This document shows, one piece after another, positions 61,365 to 64,000 of a stretch of 64,000 bases of DNA (the first letter of the stretch is position 1; each line of letters opens with the position of its first letter). The translations under genes were made by a program, and so were the position numbers. The stretch is from Acidimicrobiales bacterium. GTDB lineage: Bacteria > Actinomycetota > Acidimicrobiia > Acidimicrobiales > SZUA-35. The stretch is taken from contig JAHDBV010000001.1 in assembly GCA_020630195.1 (NCBI GenBank), positions 72,314 to 136,313 on the forward strand, in the 5' to 3' direction. A model generated the notes under the pieces. It searched no databases. It was not told where the DNA came from and saw nothing but the letters and a program-made list of their open reading frames with translations.

Positions 61365-61404
61365 CGCGAAGAGGCCCGGGGCTCGAGCCCCGGGCCTCTT
61401 CGCG
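61365..61404. terminator. Perfect 40-nt palindrome (about 18-bp GC-rich stem, 4-nt loop) between convergent genes; putative bidirectional intrinsic terminator
   Basis: CGCGAAGAGGCCCGGGGCTCGAGCCCCGGGCCTCTTCGCG is its own reverse complement. It lies 20 nt after the stop at 61345 (+) and 22 nt before the stop at 61426 (-). No U-tract follows, which is common in high-GC actinobacteria. Confidence 0.6.
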
Positions 61405-61425
61405 TGCGAACTCGGCGGTCGGTGG

Positions 61426-62214
61426 TCAGACGTCGGCGGCGAGGGGCGCCCAGCTACGCCACGGCGGCGTGCCGCCCTCCCAGAGCGACTCGAGCCGCTC
61501 CCGGTCCCGGATCGTGTCCATGCATTGCCAGAAGTCGTCATGCTTGTAGGCCATCAGCTGCCCGTCCTTCGCCAGGTTCTGGAGCGGCTCCTTGGAGAAG
61601 TCGATGTGATCAGCCTCGATGTAGTCGAGAACCTCCGGTTCGAGCACGAAGAACCCACCGTTGATCCAGCCCTCACCGGTCTGCGGTTTCTCGGTGAACT
61701 CCGTGATCTGGTCGCCGTCGATGTCGAGGGCGCCGAACCGCGCCGGCGGTCGCACCGCTGTGAGGGTGGCGAGCTTGCCGTGCGCCCGATGGAACTCGAG
61801 CAGCGCATTGAGGTCGACGTTCGACACACCGTCGCCATAGGTGGCCATGAACGTGCCGTCGAGGAACTTCCCGACGCGCAGGAGACGGCCGCCGGTGTGG
61901 GGGGTCTGCCCGGTGTCGATCAGCCCGACCTTCCAGGTGTCCTCCGGGGCCGCCGAATGACGGATGACTTTGTTCTCCCCGAGATTCACGGTGAGATCAG
62001 AAGCGAGGTGGGCGTACTCGGTGAAGTAGCGCTTGATCGTGTCGCCGCGGTAGCCGAGCGTCACGAGGAAGTCGTCGAACCCCTGTGCGGCGTACGACTT
62101 CATGATGTGCCACAGGATCGGCCGGCCGCCCACCTCCACCATCGGCTTCGGCTTGTCCCCCGTCTCCTCTTGGAGCCGGGTACCGAGCCCTCCCGCCCAA
62201 ATCACGACCTTCAT
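61426..62214 (-). CDS. rfbF: Glucose-1-phosphate cytidylyltransferase
   Basis: ATG 62214 lies inside ORF 61426..62457. MKVVIWAGGLGTRLQEETGDKPKPMVEVGGRPILWHIMK, WINGGFFV and DFWQCMDTIRD are hallmark RfbF/DdhA segments. Confidence 0.85.
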   Translation of the reverse strand: MKVVIWAGGLGTRLQEETGDKPKPMVEVGGRPILWHIMKSYAAQGFDDFLVTLGYRGDTIKRYFTEYAHLASDLTVNLGENKVIRHSAAPEDTWKVGLIDTGQTPHTGGRLLRVGKFLDGTFMATYGDGVSNVDLNALLEFHRAHGKLATLTAVRPPARFGALDIDGDQITEFTEKPQTGEGWINGGFFVLEPEVLDYIEADHIDFSKEPLQNLAKDGQLMAYKHDDFWQCMDTIRDRERLESLWEGGTPPWRSWAPLAADV

Positions 62215-62379
62215 GTCATCTCTCCTGGAGTCTCGTCTCACGAGCGTAGTCATCGACCGCGACCGGATCGGTCGCGCCTGCATCCTTTCGGCCGATCCCG
62301 GCCGAACATGAAGACGCGACCAACATGGGCGCCGGGGCGTCTTCACCATGCTCCGTGTGTCACCACGGAGGCGTGACGG

Positions 62380-63408
62380 GTGGACCGGCACGACACGACG
62401 AGACATCGAATGACCATCACCACCGAGACGCTCGACGGAGCGACAGCGGAACGCCACGACATCGTCGTGATCCCGCCCCGGGCACGGACGATCGATCTCC
62501 GCTCAACCTCCGACCCGAACGAGCCGACATTCGAGTTGCGGAACCATCCCGCGGGCGAACGAGGCGAAGCCATGCTGAAGACCGACGTCAAACCGAAGAG
62601 CGGCGACCTGCGGACGATGCGTCGTTCGGAGCGCTTCCGGCGTGTCTGGATGTTCGACCTCCCGTTCATCGATGCCGAGACCTGCGACGACGTCGCGAAG
62701 GCGCTGACGCATGTCGACACCGCGGACGGTGATCTCCGCCTTCCGATCGTCGTGACCCCCAACGTCGACCACGTCGTGCAGCTCGCCGAACCCGAGTGCG
62801 ACCCGGAGGTCGCCGAGATCTTCCGCAACAGCCGATGGGTCCTGCCCGACGGGCAGCCGATCGTGATGCTCTCGAAGCGTCTCGGCACCCCGCTCTCGGC
62901 CCGACTGCCAGGCTCGACGCTGTTCGAGCACCTCTGGAACCGCGTGGCCGCCGCCGGCGCTCCCGCCGTGGTCATCGCACCACGACGCACCGTCGCCGAG
63001 GGATTGGCCGCCGAACACGAGCACTGCCGATTCGTCATCCCGCCGATCTTCGATGCTGAGGACACCGACACGATCAACGCGATCGCCGACGTCTGTGTGG
63101 AACACGCACTCGCCGAGCGACCCCGATACGTCTTCTCGGGACTCTCCTTCGCGAAGGACCAGCTGGTGGCGAAGGCCATTCTCGACCGGTGGCCGGCCGA
63201 TGCCGGATCGCCTCCGATCGTGTTGTGCCTGGGTGCCTCGTTCGAGATGTACCTCGGCATGAAGCGCCGTGCCCCCGAGCTCGTCCAGCGTCTCGGCCTC
63301 GAGTGGTTCTACCGCTTCACCCAGGAACCGCATCGACTGTTCCATCGCTACTTCGTCCGGGATCGCGCCTTCTTCGGCCTCGCCCGAGCCGAGCTCAAGC
63401 GGCGCTGA
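62380..63408 (+). CDS. WecB/TagA/CpsF-family glycosyltransferase (GT26), copy 2
   Basis: VVTPNVDHVVQL, LPDGQPIVMLSKRLG and LGLEWFYRFTQEPHRLFHRYF. The start is uncertain: GTG 62380 as in the ORF track, while ATG 62572 or 62626 would give a more usual length. GC3 of the first 64 codons is about 78%. Confidence 0.75.
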   Translation: MDRHDTTRHRMTITTETLDGATAERHDIVVIPPRARTIDLRSTSDPNEPTFELRNHPAGERGEAMLKTDVKPKSGDLRTMRRSERFRRVWMFDLPFIDAETCDDVAKALTHVDTADGDLRLPIVVTPNVDHVVQLAEPECDPEVAEIFRNSRWVLPDGQPIVMLSKRLGTPLSARLPGSTLFEHLWNRVAAAGAPAVVIAPRRTVAEGLAAEHEHCRFVIPPIFDAEDTDTINAIADVCVEHALAERPRYVFSGLSFAKDQLVAKAILDRWPADAGSPPIVLCLGASFEMYLGMKRRAPELVQRLGLEWFYRFTQEPHRLFHRYFVRDRAFFGLARAELKRR

Positions 63409-63567
63409 CGCCGCCAACGGGTCGATTCGCCCACGACCCACCACCGAACCGGAGAACGGCGCTCACCTAGGCTGATCTCCGTCCGATAGGACCCCCGACG
63501 ACCCGGCGCGACCCCCGGTTGCCACGGCCGTCATCACCCGCAACCCGCTGAAGCCGAGAGGCCCGTC

Positions 63568-64000
63568 GTGGAACTTTCGTTCATCATCAATGCCCTGCGT
63601 CGCCGTTGGTGGCTCGTGGCCCTCGGTGCCGTGCTCGGTGCCCTCCCGGGCCTACTCGCCGGCCCCTCGGGCACCGGCAGCTTCTCGTCGACGGCGACGC
63701 TGTCGGTCGAACCGCCGACCCCGATCGGTGTCACGGTGTTCAACGCCCAGCCCGAGCGATACGTGGTGTCGCAGGTCAACGTCATCGCGTCGGCCGGCCT
63801 CGCCCAGCAGGTGGCTGACGTCGTGGGCGATGGCGCCACGCTGGTCGGCATCGCCAACTCGGTCGAGATCGAGCAGGAGCCCGAGACCGACATCGTCAAC
63901 GTGATCGCCACGGCGGACACGCCCGAGCGGGCCCAGGAGATCGCTCAGGCCTACGTCGACACCTACCTGGCGAATCTCATCGCCCAGACCGACACCTCGC
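63568..64000 (+). CDS. Wzz-type chain-length determinant N-terminal region (copy 4), truncated by the window end
   Basis: My own translation from GTG 63568 (GAGAGG lies 8 nt upstream) reads MELSFIINALRRRWWLVALGAVLGALPGLLAG...ERYVVSQVNVIASAGLAQQVAD...DIVNVIATADTPERAQEIAQAYVDTYL. This is the typical Wzz start and TM, and the frame is open to nt 64000. Confidence 0.6.
   Translation, partial: MELSFIINALRRRWWLVALGAVLGALPGLLAGPSGTGSFSSTATLSVEPPTPIGVTVFNAQPERYVVSQVNVIASAGLAQQVADVVGDGATLVGIANSVEIEQEPETDIVNVIATADTPERAQEIAQAYVDTYLANLIAQTDTS

Noticed and set aside
1-64000. A search by eye for CRISPR repeats, rRNA/tRNA genes, transposases, integrases, phage genes, toxin-antitoxin pairs or defence-system ATPases/nucleases
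   Set aside because: I saw no regularly spaced direct repeats, no transposase or integrase-like ORF, and no terminal inverted repeats. Essentially all coding capacity is accounted for by glycan-biosynthesis genes, so I make no mobile-element or defence call.

Overview
High-GC actinobacterial-type chromosomal DNA. Hand-counted 60-nt lines range from about 58% to 78% GC. Roughly 95% of the window is coding. I found no rRNA, tRNA, CRISPR array, transposase or integrase. The left flank (1-4.5 kb) holds a secreted S33 alpha/beta-hydrolase lipoprotein (5' end off-window), a low-molecular-weight protein-tyrosine phosphatase, two tandem paralogous TetR-like regulators and a VOC/glyoxalase-fold protein. 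From about 4.5 kb to the right edge the window is one very large, tightly packed cell-envelope glycan biosynthesis super-locus that looks like several concatenated Wzx/Wzy-type modules. It contains four Wzz-type co-polymerases: three full Wzz + BY-tyrosine-kinase fusions, plus a fourth Wzz N-terminus cut by the window edge. It also contains four phosphoglycosyl transferases (three small monotopic, one large WbaP-like), three Wzy/O-antigen-ligase-like membrane proteins, three or four Wzx/MOP-like flippases and at least ten glycosyltransferases (GT2, GT4, two GT26). Recognisable nucleotide-sugar pathways are: GDP-L-fucose synthase (no gmd seen); WecB plus a UDP-N-acetylhexosamine dehydrogenase; GalE; an SQD1/SqdB-type UDP-sulfoquinovose synthase; FnlA/B/C (UDP-L-FucNAc type); a split PglF/PglE/PglD/PglC-like bacillosamine-type set; CDP-glucose synthesis and 4,6-dehydration with an RmlC-like epimerase and a COG4091-like oxidoreductase; and a GHMP kinase plus nucleotidyltransferase pair. 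Tailoring genes include FkbM and TylF methyltransferases and hexapeptide acetyltransferases. The most unusual items follow. Two paralogous VanZ-like membrane + LamG-like fusions are present, and one of them has conserved N-terminal helices but no canonical start codon. Two paralogous Thr/Pro-linker lipoproteins with a polysaccharide-lyase-like jelly-roll domain flank a GT4-GT26 pair. A 115-aa LPXTG mini-protein sits beside a DUF4012-like protein. There is a cytoplasmic heparinase II/III-like protein, and one BY-kinase has its Tyr pair buried about 116 aa from a basic disordered C-terminus. Many gene junctions overlap by 1-10 nt. The only strong terminator-like structure is a perfect 40-nt palindrome at 61365-61404. 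All functional calls come from motif and family recognition by eye; no database search was run.
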